A stretch of DNA of 64,000 nucleotides from Eledone cirrhosa (lineage: Eukaryota). This document shows positions 28,401-45,100 of the stretch, in pieces. The position numbers were made by a program, and so were the translations under genes. Positions within the stretch are counted from its first letter, which is position 1, and every line of letters starts with the position of its first letter. Under the pieces are notes generated by a model. The model ran no database searches and was not told where the DNA came from. It saw only the letters and a program-made list of their open reading frames with translations. Location: NCBI GenBank assembly GCA_964016885.1, contig OZ024744.1, positions 110,422,001 through 110,486,000 on the forward strand. The letters run 5' to 3'.

Positions 28401-31400
28401 AAACTACACAATCCAATTTAACTTACCTTGCTCTGAACACAGTAAAACTACACAATCCACTTTAACTTACCTTGCTCTGAACACAGTAAAACTACACAAT
28501 CGACTATAACTTACCTTGCTCTGAACACAGTAAAACTACACAATCCACTTTAACTTACCTTGCTCTGAACACAGCAAAACTACACAATCCTCTATAACTT
28601 ACCTTGCCTTGAACACAGTAAAATTACACAATCCACTATAACTAACCTTGCCCCGAACACAGTAAAACTACACAATCCACTATAACTTACCTTGATCTGA
28701 ACACAGTAAAACTACACAATCCACTTTAACTTACCTTGCTTTGAACACAGTAAACTACACAATCCACTATAACTTACCTTGCCCTGAACACAGTAAAACT
28801 ACGTAATCCACTATAACTTACCTTGCCCTGAACACAGTAAAACTAGACAATCCACTATAACTTACCTTGCCCTGAACACAGTAAAACTACACAATCCACT
28901 TCAACTTACCTTGCTCTGAACACAGTAAAACTACACAATCCACTATAACTTACCTTGCCCTGAACACAGTAAAACTACACAATCCACTATAACTTACCTT
29001 GCCCTGAACACAGTAAAACTACACAATCCACTATAACTTACCTTGCCTGAACACAGTAAAACTACACAATCCACTATAACTTACCTTGCCCTGAACACAG
29101 TAAAACTACACAATCCACTATAACTTACCTTGCCCTGAACACAGTAAAACTACACAATCCACTTCAACTTACCTTGCTCTGAACACAGTAAAACTACACA
29201 ATCCACTATAACTTACCTTGCCCTGAACACAGTAAAACTACACAATCCACTATAACTTACTTTGCTCTGAACACAGTAAAACTACACAATCCACTTTAAC
29301 TTACCTTGCTCTGAACACAGTAAAACTACACAATCCACTTCAACTTACCTTGCCCTGAACACAGTAAAATTACACAATCCACTATAACTTACCTTGCCCT
29401 GAACACAGTAAAACTACACAATCCACAATAACTTACCTTGCCCTGAACATAGTAAAACTACGTAATCCACTATAACTTACCTTCCTCTAAACACAGTAAA
29501 ACTACACAATCCACTATAACTTACCTTGCCCTGAACACAGTAAAACTACGTAATCCACTATAACTTACCTTGCCCTGAACACAGTAAAACTAGACAATCC
29601 ACTATAATTTACCTTGCCCTGAACACAGTAAATCTACACAACCCACTATAACTTACCTTGCTCTGAACACAGTAAAACTACATAATCCACTATAACTTAC
29701 CTTGCCCTGAACACAGTAAAACTAACACAATCCACTATAACTTACCTTGCCCTGAACACAGTAAAACTACACAATCCACTTTAACTTACCTTGCTCTGAA
29801 CACAGTAAAACTACACAATCCACTTCAACTTACCTTGCTCTGAACATAGTAAAACTACACAATCCACTATAACTTACCTTGCCCTGAACACAGTAAAATT
29901 ACACAATCCACTATAACTTACCTTGCCCTGAACACAGTAAAACTACACAATCCACTATAACTTAAATTGCCCTGAACTCAGTAAAACTAAATAATCCACT
30001 GTACCTTACCTTGCCCTGAACACAGTAAAACTACACAATCCACTATAACTTACCTTGCCCTGAACACAGTAAAACTACACAATCCACTATAACTTACCTT
30101 GCTCTGAACACAGTAAAACTACATAATCCACTATAACTTACCTTGCCCTGAACACAGTAAAACTAACACAATCCACTATAACTTACCTTGCCCTGGACAC
30201 ACTAAAACTACACCATCCACTATAAATTACGTTGCCATGAACATACTAAAACTACACGATCTTCTATAACTTACCTTGCCCTGAACACAGTAAAACCACA
30301 CAATCCACTATAACTTACCTTGCCCTGAACACAGTAAAGCTACACAATCCACTATAAATTACGTTGCCCTGAACATACTAAAACTACACAATCTTCTATA
30401 ACTTACCTTGCCCTGAACACAGTAAAACTACACAATCCACTGTAACTTACCATGCCCTGAACACAGTAAAACTACACAATCCACTATAACTTACCTTGCC
30501 CTGAACACAGTAAAACTACACAATCCACTATAACTTACCTTGCCCTGAACACTGTAAAACTACATAATCCACTATAACTTACCTTGCCCTGAAACAGTAA
30601 AACTACACAAACCACTATAACTTACCTTGCCCTGAACACAGTAAAACTACACAATCCACTATAACTTACCTTGCCCTGAACACAGTAAAACTACACGATC
30701 CACTATAAATTACCTTGCCCTGAACACAGTAAAACTACACAATCCACTATAACACACCTTCCCCTGAACACAGTAAAACTACACAATCCACTATAACTTA
30801 CCTTGCCCTGAACACAGTAAAACTACACAATCCACTATAACTTACCTTGCCCTGAACACAGTAAAACTACACAATCCACTATAACTTACCTTGACCTGCA
30901 CACCATAAAACTACACAATCCACTTCAACTTATCTTGCTCTGAACACAGTAAAACTACACAATCCACTATAACTTACCTTGCCTTGAACACAGTAAAATT
31001 ACACAATCCACTATAACTAACCTTGCCCTGAACACAGTAAGACTACACATTCCACTATAACTTACCTTGCCCTGAACACAGTAAAAGTACATAATCCACT
31101 ATAACTTACCTTGACCTGAACACAGTATAACTTACCTTGCTCTGAACACAGTAAAACTACACAATCCAATTTAACTTACCTTGCTCTGAACACAGTAAAA
31201 CTACACAATCCACTTTAACTTACCTTGCTCTGAACACAGTAAAACTACACAATCGACTATAACTTACCTTGCTCTGAACACAGTAAAACTACACAATCCA
31301 CTTTAACTTACCTTGCTCTGAACACAGCAAAACTACACAATCCTCTATAACTTACCTTGCCTTGAACACAGTAAAATTACACAATCCACTATAACTAACC

Positions 31401-34400
31401 TTGCCCCGAACACAGTAAAACTACACAATCCACTATAACTTACCTTGATCTGAACACAGTAAAACTACACAATCCACTTTAACTTACCTTGCTTTGAACA
31501 CAGTAAACTACACAATCCACTATAACTTACCTTGCCCTGAACACAGTAAAACTACGTAATCCACTATAACTTACCTTGCCCTGAACACAGTAAAACTAGA
31601 CAATCCACTATAACTTACCTTGCCCTGAACACAGTAAAACTACACAATCCACTTCAACTTACCTTGCTCTGAACACAGTAAAACTACACAATCCACTATA
31701 ACTTACCTTGCCCTGAACACAGTAAAACTACACAATCCACTATAACTTACCTTGCCCTGAACACAGTAAAACTACACAATCCACTATAACTTACCTTGCC
31801 TGAACACAGTAAAACTACACAATCCACTATAACTTACCTTGCCCTGAACACAGTAAAACTACACAATCCACTATAACTTACCTTGCCCTGAACACAACAA
31901 AACTACACAATCCACTTCAACTTACCTTGCTCTGAACACAGTAAAACTACACAGTCCACTATAACTTACCTTGCCCTGAACACAGTAAAACTACACAATC
32001 CACTATAACTTACTTTGCTCTGAACACAGTAAAACTACACAATCCACTTTAACTTACCTTGCCCTGAACACAGTAAAACTACACAATCCACTTCAACTTA
32101 CCTTGCCCTGAACACAGTAAAATTACACAATCCACTATAAGTTACCTTGCCCTGAACACAGTAAAACTACACAATCCACAATAACTTACCTTGCCCTGAA
32201 CATAGTAAAACTACGTAATCCACTATAACTTACCTTCCTCTAAACACAGTAAAACTACACAATCCACTATAACTTACCTTGCCCTGAACACAGTAAAACT
32301 ACGTAATCCACTATAACTTACCTTGCCCTGAACACAGTAAAACTAGACAATCCACTATAATTTACCTTGCCCTGAACACAGTAAATCTACACAATCCACT
32401 ATAACTTACCTTGCTCTGAACACAGTAAAACTACATAATCCACTATAACTTACCTTGCCCTGAACACAGTAAAACTAACACAATCCACTATAACTTACCT
32501 TGCCCTGAACACAGTAAAACTACACAATCCACTTTAACTTACCTTGCTCTGAACACAGTAAAACTACACAATCCACTTCAACTTACCTTGCTCTGAACAC
32601 AGTAAAACTACACAATCCACTATAACTTACCTTGACCTGAACACCATAAAACTACACAATCCACTTCAACTTATCTTGCTCTGAACACAGTAAAACTACA
32701 CAATCCACTATAACTTACCTTGCCTTGAACACAGTAAAATTACACAATCCACTATAACTAACCTTGCCCTGAACACAGTAAGACTACACATTCCACTATA
32801 ACTTACCTTGCCCTGAACACAGTAAAAGTACATAATCCACTATAACTTACCTTGACCTGAACACAGTATAACTTACCTTGCTCTGAACACAGTAAAACTA
32901 CACAATCCAATTTAACTTACCTTGCTCTGAACACAGTAAAACTACACAATCCACTTTAACTTACCTTGCTCTGAACACAGTAAAACTACACAATCGACTA
33001 TAACTTACCTTGCTCTGAACACAGTAAAACTACACAATCCACTTTAACTTACCTTGCTCTGAACACAGCAAAACTACACAATCCTCTATAACTTACCTTG
33101 CCTTGAACACAGTAAAATTACACAATCCACTATAACTAACCTTGCCCCGAACACAGTAAAACTACACAATCCACTATAACTTACCTTGATCTGAACACAG
33201 TAAAACTACACAATCCACTTTAACTTACCTTGCTTTGAACACAGTAAACTACACAATCCACTATAACTTACCTTGCCCTGAACACAGTAAAACTACGTAA
33301 TCCACTATAACTTACCTTGCCCTGAACACAGTAAAACTAGACAATCCACTATAACTTACCTTGCCCTGAACACAGTAAAACTACACAATCCACTTCAACT
33401 TACCTTGCTCTGAACACAGTAAAACTACACAATCCACTATAACTTACCTTGCCCTGAACACAGTAAAACTACACAATCCACTATAACTTACCTTGCCCTG
33501 AACACAGTAAAACTACACAATCCACTATAACTTACCTTGCCTGAACACAGTAAAACTACACAATCCACTATAACTTACCTTGCCCTGAACACAGTAAAAC
33601 TACACAATCCACTATAACTTACCTTGCCCTGAACACAGTAAAACTACACAATCCACTTCAACTTACCTTGCTCTGAACACAGTAAAACTACACAATCCAC
33701 TATAACTTACCTTGCCCTGAACACAGTAAAACTACACAATCCACTATAACTTACTTTGCTCTGAACACAGTAAAACTACACAATCCACTTTAACTTACCT
33801 TGCTCTGAACACAGTAAAACTACACAATCCACTTCAACTTACCTTGCCCTGAACACAGTAAAATTACACAATCCACTATAACTTACCTTGCCCTGAACAC
33901 AGTAAAACTACACAATCCACAATAACTTACCTTGCCCTGAACATAGTAAAACTACGTAATCCACTATAACTTACCTTCCTCTAAACACAGTAAAACTACA
34001 CAATCCACTATAACTTACCTTGCCCTGAACACAGTAAAACTACGTAATCCACTATAACTTACCTTGCCCTGAACACAGTAAAACTAGACAATCCACTATA
34101 ATTTACCTTGCCCTGAACACAGTAAATCTACACAACCCACTATAACTTACCTTGCTCTGAACACAGTAAAACTACATAATCCACTATAACTTACCTTGCC
34201 CTGAACACAGTAAAACTAACACAATCCACTATAACTTACCTTGCCCTGAACACAGTAAAACTACACAATCCACTTTAACTTACCTTGCTCTGAACACAGT
34301 AAAACTACACAATCCACTTCAACTTACCTTGCTCTGAACATAGTAAAACTACACAATCCACTATAACTTACCTTGCCCTGAACACAGTAAAATTACACAA
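25000..34400. repeat. Mosaic duplications at 4954-bp and 1741-bp offsets
   Basis: GTAAGACTACACATT has its diagnostic G at 26087, 31041 and 32782; AATCGACTAT has its G at 26301, 31255 and 32996. Confidence 0.8.
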
Positions 34401-36119
34401 TCCACTATAACTTACCTTGCCCTGAACACAGTAAAACTACACAATCCACAATAACTTACCTTGCCCTGAACATAGTAAAACTACGTAATCCACTATAACT
34501 TACCTTCCTCTAAACACAGTAAAACTACACAATCCACTATAACTTACCTTGCCCTGAACACAGTAAAACTAGACAATCCACTATAATTTACCTTGCCCTG
34601 AACACAGTAAATCTACACAATCCACTATAACTTACCTTGCTCTGAACACAGTAAAACTACATAATCCACTATAACTTACCTTGCCCTGAACACAGTAAAA
34701 CTAACACAATCCACTATAACTTACCTTGCCCTGAACACAGTAAAACTACACCATCCACTACAAATTACATTGCCATGAACATACTAAAACTACACGATCT
34801 TCTATAACTTACCTTGCCCTGAACACAGTAAAACCACACAATCCACTATAACTTACCTTGCCCTGAACACAGTAAAACTACACAATCCACTATAACTTAC
34901 CTTGCCCTGAACACAGTAAATCTACACAATCCACTATAACTTACCTTGCCCAGAACACAGTAAAACTACACAATCCACTATAACTTACCTTGCCCTGAGC
35001 ACGGTAAAACTACACAATCCACTTCAACTTACCTTGCTCTGAACACAGTAAAACTACATAATCCACAATAACTTACCTTGCCCTGAACACAGTAAAATTA
35101 CACAATCCACTATAACTAACCTTGCCCTGAACACAGTAAAACTACACAATCCACTGTAACTTACCTGGCTCTGAACACAGTAAAACTACACATTCCACTT
35201 TAATTTACCTTGCTCTGAACACAGTAAAACTACACAATCCACTATAACTTAGCTTGTCCTGAACACCGTAAAACTACACAATCCACCATAACTTACCTTG
35301 CCCTGAACACAGTAAAAGTACATAATCCACTATAACTTACCTTGCCCTGAACACAGTATAACTTACCTTGCCCTGAACACAGTAAAACTACACAATCCAC
35401 TATAAATTACGTTGCTCTGAACACAGTAAAACTACATAATCCACTATAACTTACCTTGCCCTGAAAACACTAAAACTACACAATCTTCTATAACTTACCT
35501 TGCACTGAACACAGTAAAACTAGACAATCCCCTATACCTTACCTTGCTCTGAACACAGTAAAGCTACACAATCCACTATAACTTACTTTTCTGAACACAG
35601 TAAAACTACACAATCCACTATAACTTAAATTGCCCTGAACTCAGTAAAACTACATAATCCACTGTAACTTACCTTGCCCTGAACACAGTAAAACTACACA
35701 ACCCACTATAAGTTACCTTGTCCTGAACACGGTAAAACTACACGATCCACTATAACTTACCTTCCCCTGAACAAAGTAAAACTACACAATCCACTATAAC
35801 TTACCTTGCCCTGAACACAGTAAAACTACACAATCCACTATAACTTACCTTGCCCTGAACACAGTAAAACTACACAATCCACTATAACTTACCTTGACCT
35901 GAACACCATAAAACTACACAATCCACTTCAACTTATCTTGCTCTGAACACAGTAAAACTACACAATCCACTATAACTTACCTTGCCTTGAACACAGTAAA
36001 ATTACACGATCCACTATAACTAACCTTGCCCTGAACACAGTAAGACTACACATTCCACTATAACTTACCTTGCCCTGAACACAGTAAAAGTACATAATCC
36101 ACTATAACTTACCTTGACC

Positions 36120-39100
36120 TGAACACAGTATAACTTACCTTGCTCTGAACACAGTAAAACTACACAATCCAATTTAACTTACCTTGCTCTGAACACAGTA
36201 AAACTACACAATCCACTTTAACTTACCTTGCTCTGAACACAGTAAAACTACACAATCGACTATAACTTACCTTGCTCTGAACACAGTAAAACTACACAAT
36301 CCACTTTAACTTACCTTGCTCTGAACACAGCAAAACTACACAATCCTCTATAACTTACCTTGCCTTGAACACAGTAAAATTACACAATCCACTATAACTA
36401 ACCTTGCCCCGAACACAGTAAAACTACACAATCCACTATAACTTACCTTGATCTGAACACAGTAAAACTACACAATCCACTTTAACTTACCTTGCTTTGA
36501 ACACAGTAAACTACACAATCCACTATAACTTACCTTGCCCTGAACACAGTAAAACTACGTAATCCACTATAACTTACCTTGCCCTGAACACAGTAAAACT
36601 AGACAATCCACTATAATTTACCTTGCCTTGAACACAGTAAAACTACACAATCCACTATAACTCACCTTGCTCTGAACACAGTAAAACTACATAATCCACT
36701 ATAACTTACCTTGCCCTGAACACAGTAAATCTAACACAATCCACTATAACTTACCTTGCCCTGAACACAGTAAAACTACACAATCCACTATAAATTATGT
36801 TTCCATGAACATACTAAAACTACACAATATTCTATAACTTACCTTGCCCTGAACACAGTAAAACTACACAATCCACTATAACTTACCTTGCCCTGAACAC
36901 AGTAAAACTACACAATCCACTATAACTTACCTTGCCTGAACACAGTAAAACTACACAATCCACTATAACTTACCTTGCCCTGAACACAGTAAAACTACAC
37001 AATCCACTATAACTTACCTTGCCCTGAACACAGTAAAACTACACAATCCACTTCAACTTACCTTGCTCTGAACACAGTAAAACTACATAATCCACTATAA
37101 CTTACCTTGCCCTGAACACAGTAAAACTAACACAATCCACTATAACTTACCTTGCCCTGAACACAGTAAAACTACACCATCCACTACAAATTACATTGCC
37201 ATGAACATACTAAAACTACACGATCTTCTATAACTTACCTTGCCCTGAACACAGTAAAACTACACAATCCACTATAACTTACCTTGCCCTGAACACAGTA
37301 AAACTACACAATCCACTATAACTTACCTTGCCCAGAACACAGTAAAACTACACAATCCACTATAACTTACCTTGCCCTGAGCACGGTAAAACTACACAAT
37401 CCACTTCAACTTACCTTGCTCTGAACACAGTAAAACTACATAATCCACAATAACTTACCTTGCCCTGAACACAGTAAAATTACACAATCCACTATAACTA
37501 ACCTTGCCCTGAACACAGTAAAACTACACAATCCACTATAACTTACCTGGCTCTGAACACAGTAAAACTACACAATCCACTTTAATTTACCTTGCTCTGA
37601 ACACAGTAAAACTACACAATCCACTATAACTTAGCTCGTCCTGAACACCGTAAAACTACACAATCCACCATAACTTACCTTGCCCTGAACACAGTAAAAG
37701 TACATAATCCACTATAACTTACCTTGCCCTGAACACAGTATAACTTACCTTGCCCTGAACACAGTAAAACTACACAATCCACTATAAATTACGTTGCTCT
37801 GAACACAGTAAAACTACATAATCCACTATAACTTACCTTGCCCTGAAAACACTAAAACTACACAATCTTCTATAACTTACCTTGCACTGAACACAGTAAA
37901 ACTAGACAATCCCCTATACTTTACCTTGCTCTGAACACAGTAAAGCTACACAATCCACTATAACTTACTTTTCTGAACACAGTAAAACTACACAATCCAC
38001 TATAACTTAAATTGCCCTGAACTCAGTAAAACTACATAATCCACTGTAACTTACCTTGCCCTGAACACAGTAAAACTACACAACCCACTATAAGTTACCT
38101 TGCCCTGAACACGGTAAAACTACACGATCCACTATAACTTACCTTGCCCTGAACACAGTAAAAGTACATAATCCACTATAACTTACCTTGCCCTGAACAC
38201 AGTATAACTTACCTTGCTCTGAACACAGTAAAACTACACAATCCAATTTAACTTACCTTGCTCTGAACACAGTAAATCTACACAATCCACTTTAACTTAC
38301 CTTGCTCTGAACACAGTAAAACTACACAATCGACTATAACTTACCTTGCTCTGAACACAGTAAAACTACACAATCCACTTTAACTTACCTTGCTCTGAAC
38401 ACAGTAAAACTACACAATCCACTATAACTTACCTTGCCTTGAACACAGTAAAATTACACAATCCATTATAACTAACCTTGCCCCGAACACAGTAAAACTA
38501 CACAATCCACTATAACTTACCTTGCCCTGAACACAGTAAAACTACACAATCCACTATAACTTACCTTGCCCTGAACACAGTAAAACTACACAATCCACTA
38601 TAACTTACCTTGCCCTGAACACAGTAAAACTACACAATCCACTATAACTTACCTTGCCCTGAACACCATAAAACTACACAATCCACTTCAACTTATCTTG
38701 CTCTGAACACAGTAAAACTACACAATCCACTATAACTTACCTTGCCTTGAACACAGTAAAATTACACAATCCACTATAACTAACCTTGCTCTGAACACAG
38801 TAAAACTACATAATACACTATAACTTACCTTGCCCTGAACACACTAAAACTACACAATCTTCTATAACTTACCTTGCCCTGAACACAGTATAACTTACCT
38901 TGCTCTGAACACAGTAAAACTACACAATCCAATTTAACTTACCTTGCTCTGAACACAGTAAAACTACACAATCCACTTTAACTTACCTTGCTCTGAACAC
39001 AGTAAAACTACACAATCGACTATAACTTACCTTGCTCTGAACACAGTAAAACTACACAATCCACTTTAACTTACCTTGCTCTGAACACAGCAAAACTACA

Positions 39101-42100
39101 CAATCCTCTATAACTTACCTTGCCTTGAACACAGTAAAATTACACAATCCACTATAACTAACCTTGCCCCGAACACAGTAAAACTACACAATCCACTATA
39201 ACTTACCTTGATCTGAACACAGTAAAACTACACAATCCACTTTAACTTACCTTGCTTTGAACACAGTAAACTACACAATCCACTATAACTTACCTTGCCC
39301 TGAACACAGTAAAACTACGTAATCCACTATAACTTACCTTGCCCTGAACACAGTAAAACTAGACAATCCACTATAATTTACCTTGCCTTGAACACAGTAA
39401 AACTACACAATCCACTATAACTCACCTTGCTCTGAACACAGTAAAACTACATAATCCACTATAACTTACCTTGCCCTGAACACAGTAAATCTAACACAAT
39501 CCACTATAACTTACCTTGCCCTGAACACAGTAAAACTACACAATCCACTATAAATTATGTTTCCATGAACATACTAAAACTACACAATATTCTATAACTT
39601 ACCTTGCCCTGAACACAGTAAAACTACACAATCCACTATAACTTACCTTGCCCTGAACACAGTAAAACTACACAATCCACTATAACTTACCTTGCCTGAA
39701 CACAGTAAAACTACACAATCCACTATAACTTACCTTGTCCTGAACACAGTAAAACTACACAATCCACTATAACTTACCTTGCCCTGAACACAGTAAAACT
39801 ACACAATCCACTTCAACTTACCTTGCTCTGAACACAGTAAAACTACATAATCCACTATAACTTACCTTGCCCTGAACACAGTAAAACTAACACAATCCAC
39901 TATAACTTACCTTGCCCTGAACACAGTAAAACTACACCATCCACTACAAATTACATTGCCATGAACATACTAAAACTACACGATCTTCTATAACTTACCT
40001 TGCCCTGAACACAGTAAAACCACACAATCCACTATAACTTACCTTGCCCTGAACACAGTAAAACTACACAATCCACTAAAACTTACCTTGCCCTGAACAC
40101 AGTAAAACTACACAATCCACTATAACTTACCTTGCCCAGAACACAGTAAAACTACACAATCCACTATAACTTACCTTGCCCTGAGCACGGTAAAACTACA
40201 CAATCCACTTCAACTTACCTTGCTCTGAACACAGTAAAACTACATAATCCACAATAACTTACCTTGCCCTGAACACAGTAAAATTACACAATCCACTATA
40301 ACTAACCTTGCCCTGAACACAGTAAAACTACACAATCCACTATAACTTACCTGGCTCTGAACACAGTAAAACTACACAATCCACTTTAATTTACCTTTCT
40401 CTGAACACAGTAAAACTACACAATCCACTATAACTTAGCTCGTCCTGAACACCGTAAAACTACACAATCCACCATAACTTACCTTGCCCTGAACACAGTA
40501 AAAGTACATAATCCACTATAACTTACCTTGCCCTGAACACAGTATAACTTACCTTGCCCTGAACACAGTAAAACTACACAATCCACTATAAATTACGTTG
40601 CTCTGAACACAGTAAAACTACATAATCCACTATAACTTACCTTGCCCTGAAAACACTAAAACTACACAATCTTCTATAACTTACCTTGCACTGAACACAG
40701 TAAAACTAGACAATCCCCTATACTTTACCTTGCTCTGAACACAGTAAAGCTACACAATCCACTATAACTTACTTTTCTGAACACAGTAAAACTACACAAT
40801 CCACTATAACTTAAATTGCCCTGAACTCAGTAAAACTACATAATCCACTGTAACTTACCTTGCCCTGAACACAGTAAAACTACACAACCCACTATAAGTT
40901 ACCTTGCCCTGAACACGGTAAAACTACACGATCCACTATAACTTACCTTGCCCTGAACACAGTAAAAGTACATAATCCACTATAACTTACCTTGCCCTGA
41001 ACACAGTATAACTTACCTTGCTCTGAACACAGTAAAACTACACAATCCAATTTAACTTACCTTGCTCTGAACACAGTAAATCTACACAATCCACTTTAAC
41101 TTACCTTGCTCTGAACACAGTAAAACTACACAATCGACTATAACTTACCTTGCTCTGAACACAGTAAAACTACACAATCCACTTTAACTTACCTTGCTCT
41201 GAACACAGTAAAACTACACAATCCACTATAACTTACCTTGCCTTGAACACAGTAAAATTACACAATCCATTATAACTAACCTTGCCCCGAACACAGTAAA
41301 ACTACACAATCCACTATAACTTACCTTGCCCTGAACACAGTAAAACTACACAATCCACTATAACTTACCTTGCTCTGAACACAGTAAAACTACATAATCC
41401 ACTATAACTTACCTTGCCCTGAACACAGTAAAACTACACCATCCACTATAAATTACGTTGCCATGAACATACTAAAACTACACGATCTTCTATAACTTAC
41501 CTTGCCCTGAACACAGTAAAACCACACAATCCACTATAACTTACCTTGTCCTGAACACAGTAAAACTACACAATCCACTATAACTTACCTTGCCCTGAAC
41601 ACAGTAAAACTACACAATCCACTATAACTTACCTTGCCCTGAACACAGTAAAACTACACAATCCACTATAACTTACCTTGCCCTGAACACCATAAAACTA
41701 CACAATCCACTTCAACTTATCTTGCTCTGAACACAGTAAAACTACATAATACACTATAACTTACCTTGCCCTGAACACACTAAAACTACACAATCTTCTA
41801 TAACTTACCTTGCCCTGAACACAGTATAACTTACCTTGCTCTGAACACAGTAAAACTACACAATCCAATTTAACTTACCTTGCTCTGAACACAGTAAAAC
41901 TACACAATCCACTTTAACTTACCTTGCTCTGAACACAGTAAAACTACACAATCGACTATAACTTACCTTGCTCTGAACACAGTAAAACTACACAATCCAC
42001 TTTAACTTACCTTGCTCTGAACACAGCAAAACTACACAATCCTCTATAACTTACCTTGCCTTGAACACAGTAAAATTACACAATCCACTATAACTAACCT

Positions 42101-45100
42101 TGCCCCGAACACAGTAAAACTACACAATCCACTATAACTTACCTTGATCTGAACACAGTAAAACTACACAATCCACTTTAACTTACCTTGCTTTGAACAC
42201 AGTAAACTACACAATCCACTATAACTTACCTTGCCCTGAACACAGTAAAACTACGTAATCCACTATAACTTACCTTGCCCTGAACACAGTAAAACTAGAC
42301 AATCCACTATAATTTACCTTGCCTTGAACACAGTAAAACTACACAATCCACTATAACTCACCTTGCTCTGAACACAGTAAAACTACATAATCCACTATAA
42401 CTTACCTTGCCCTGAACACAGTAAAACTAACACAATCCACTATAACTTACCTTGCCCTGAACACAGTAAAACTACACAATCCACTATAAATTATGTTTCC
42501 ATGAACATACTAAAACTACACAATATTCTATAACTTACCTTGCCCTGAACACAGTAAAACTACACAATCCACTATAACTTACCTTGCCCTGAACACAGTA
42601 AAACTACACAATCCACTATAACTTACCTTGCCTGAACACAGTAAAACTACACAATCCACTATAACTTACCTTGCCCTGAACACAGTAAAACTACACAATC
42701 CACTATAACTTACCTTGCCCTGAACACAGTAAAACTACACAATCCACTTCAACTTACCTTGCTCTGAACACAGTAAAACTACATAATCCACTATAACTTA
42801 CCTTGCCCTGAACACAGTAAAACTAACACAATCCACTATAACTTACCTTGCCCTGAACACAGTAAAACTACACCATCCACTACAAATTACATTGCCATGA
42901 ACATACTAAAACTACATGATCTTCTATAACTTACCTTGCCCTGAACACAGTAAAACCACACAATCCACTATAACTTACCTTGCCCTGAACACAGTAAAAC
43001 TACACAATCCACTATAACTTACCTTGCCCTGAACACAGTAAAACTACACAATCCACTATAACTTACCTTGCCCAGAACACAGTAAAACTACACAATCCAC
43101 TATAACTTACCTTGCCCTGAGCACGGTAAAACTACACAATCCACTTCAACTTACCTTGCTCTGAACACAGTAAAACTACATAATCCACAATAACTTACCT
43201 TGCCCTGAACACAGTAAAATTACACAATCCACTATAACTAACCTTGCCCTGAACACAGTAAAACTACACAATCCACTATAACTTACCTGGCTCTGAACAC
43301 AGTAAAACTACACAATCCACTTTAATTTACCTTGCTCTGAACACAGTAAAACTACACAATCCACTATAACTTAGCTCGTCCTGAACACCGTAAAACTACA
43401 CAATCCACCATAACTTACCTTGCCCTGAACACAGTAAAAGTACATAATCCACTATAACTTACCTTGCCCTGAACACAGTATAACTTACCTTGCCCTGAAC
43501 ACAGTAAAACTACACAATCCACTATAAATTACGTTGCTCTGAACACAGTAAAACTACATAATCCACTATAACTTACCTTGCCCTGAAAACACTAAAACTA
43601 CACAATCTTCTATAACTTACCTTGCACTGAACACAGTAAAACTAGACAATCCCCTATACTTTACCTTGCTCTGAACACAGTAAAGCTACACAATCCACTA
43701 TAACTTACTTTTCTGAACACAGTAAAACTACACAATCCACTATAACTTAAATTGCCCTGAACTCAGTAAAACTACATAATCCACTGTAACTTACCTTGCC
43801 CTGAACACAGTAAAACTACACAACCCACTATAAGTTACCTTGCCCTGAACACGGTAAAACTACACGATCCACTATAACTTACCTTGCCCTGAACACAGTA
43901 AAAGTACATAATCCACTATAACTTACCTTGCCCTGAACACAGTATAACTTACCTTGCTCTGAACACAGTAAAACTACACAATCCAATTTAACTTACCTTG
44001 CTCTGAACACAGTAAATCTACACAATCCACTTTAACTTACCTTGCTCTGAACACAGTAAAACTACACAATCGACTATAACTTACCTTGCTCTGAACACAG
44101 TAAAACTACACAATCCACTTTAACTTACCTTGCTCTGAACACAGTAAAACTACACAATCCACTATAACTTACCTTGCCTTGAACACAGTAAAATTACACA
44201 ATCCATTATAACTAACCTTGCCCCGAACACAGTAAAACTAACACAATCCACTATAACTTACCTTGCCCTGAACACAGTAAAACTACACAATCCACTATAA
44301 ATTATGTTTCCATGAACATACTAAAACTATACAATATTCTATAACTTACCTTGCCCTGAACACAGTAAAACTACACAATCCACTATAACTTACCTTGCCC
44401 TGAACACAGTAAAACTACACAATCCACTATAACTTACCTTGCCTGAACACAGTAAAACTACACAATCCACTATAACTTACCTTGCCCTGAACACAGTAAA
44501 ACTACACAATCCACTATAACTTACCTTGCCCTGAACACAGTAAAACTACACAATCCACTTCAACTTACCTTGCTCTGAACACAGTAAAACTACATAATCC
44601 ACTATAACTTACCTTGCCCTGAACACAGTAAAACTAACACAATCCACTATAACTTACCTTGCCCTGAACACAGTAAAACTACACCATCCACTACAAATTA
44701 CATTGCCATGAACATACTAAAACTACATGATCTTCTATAACTTACCTTGCCCTGAACACAGTAAAACCACACAATCCACTATAACTTACCTTGCCCTGAA
44801 CACAGTAAAACTACACAATCCACTATAACTTACCTTGCCCTGAACACAGTAAAACTACACAATCCACTATAACTTACCTTGCCCAGAACACAGTAAAACT
44901 ACACAATCCACTATAACTTACCTTGCCCTGAGCACGGTAAAACTACACAATCCACTTCAACTTACCTTGCTCTGAACACAGTAAAACTACATAATCCACA
45001 ATAACTTACCTTGCCCTGAACACAGTAAAATTACACAATCCACTATAACTAACCTTGCCCTGAACACAGTAAAACTACACAATCCACTATAACTTACCTG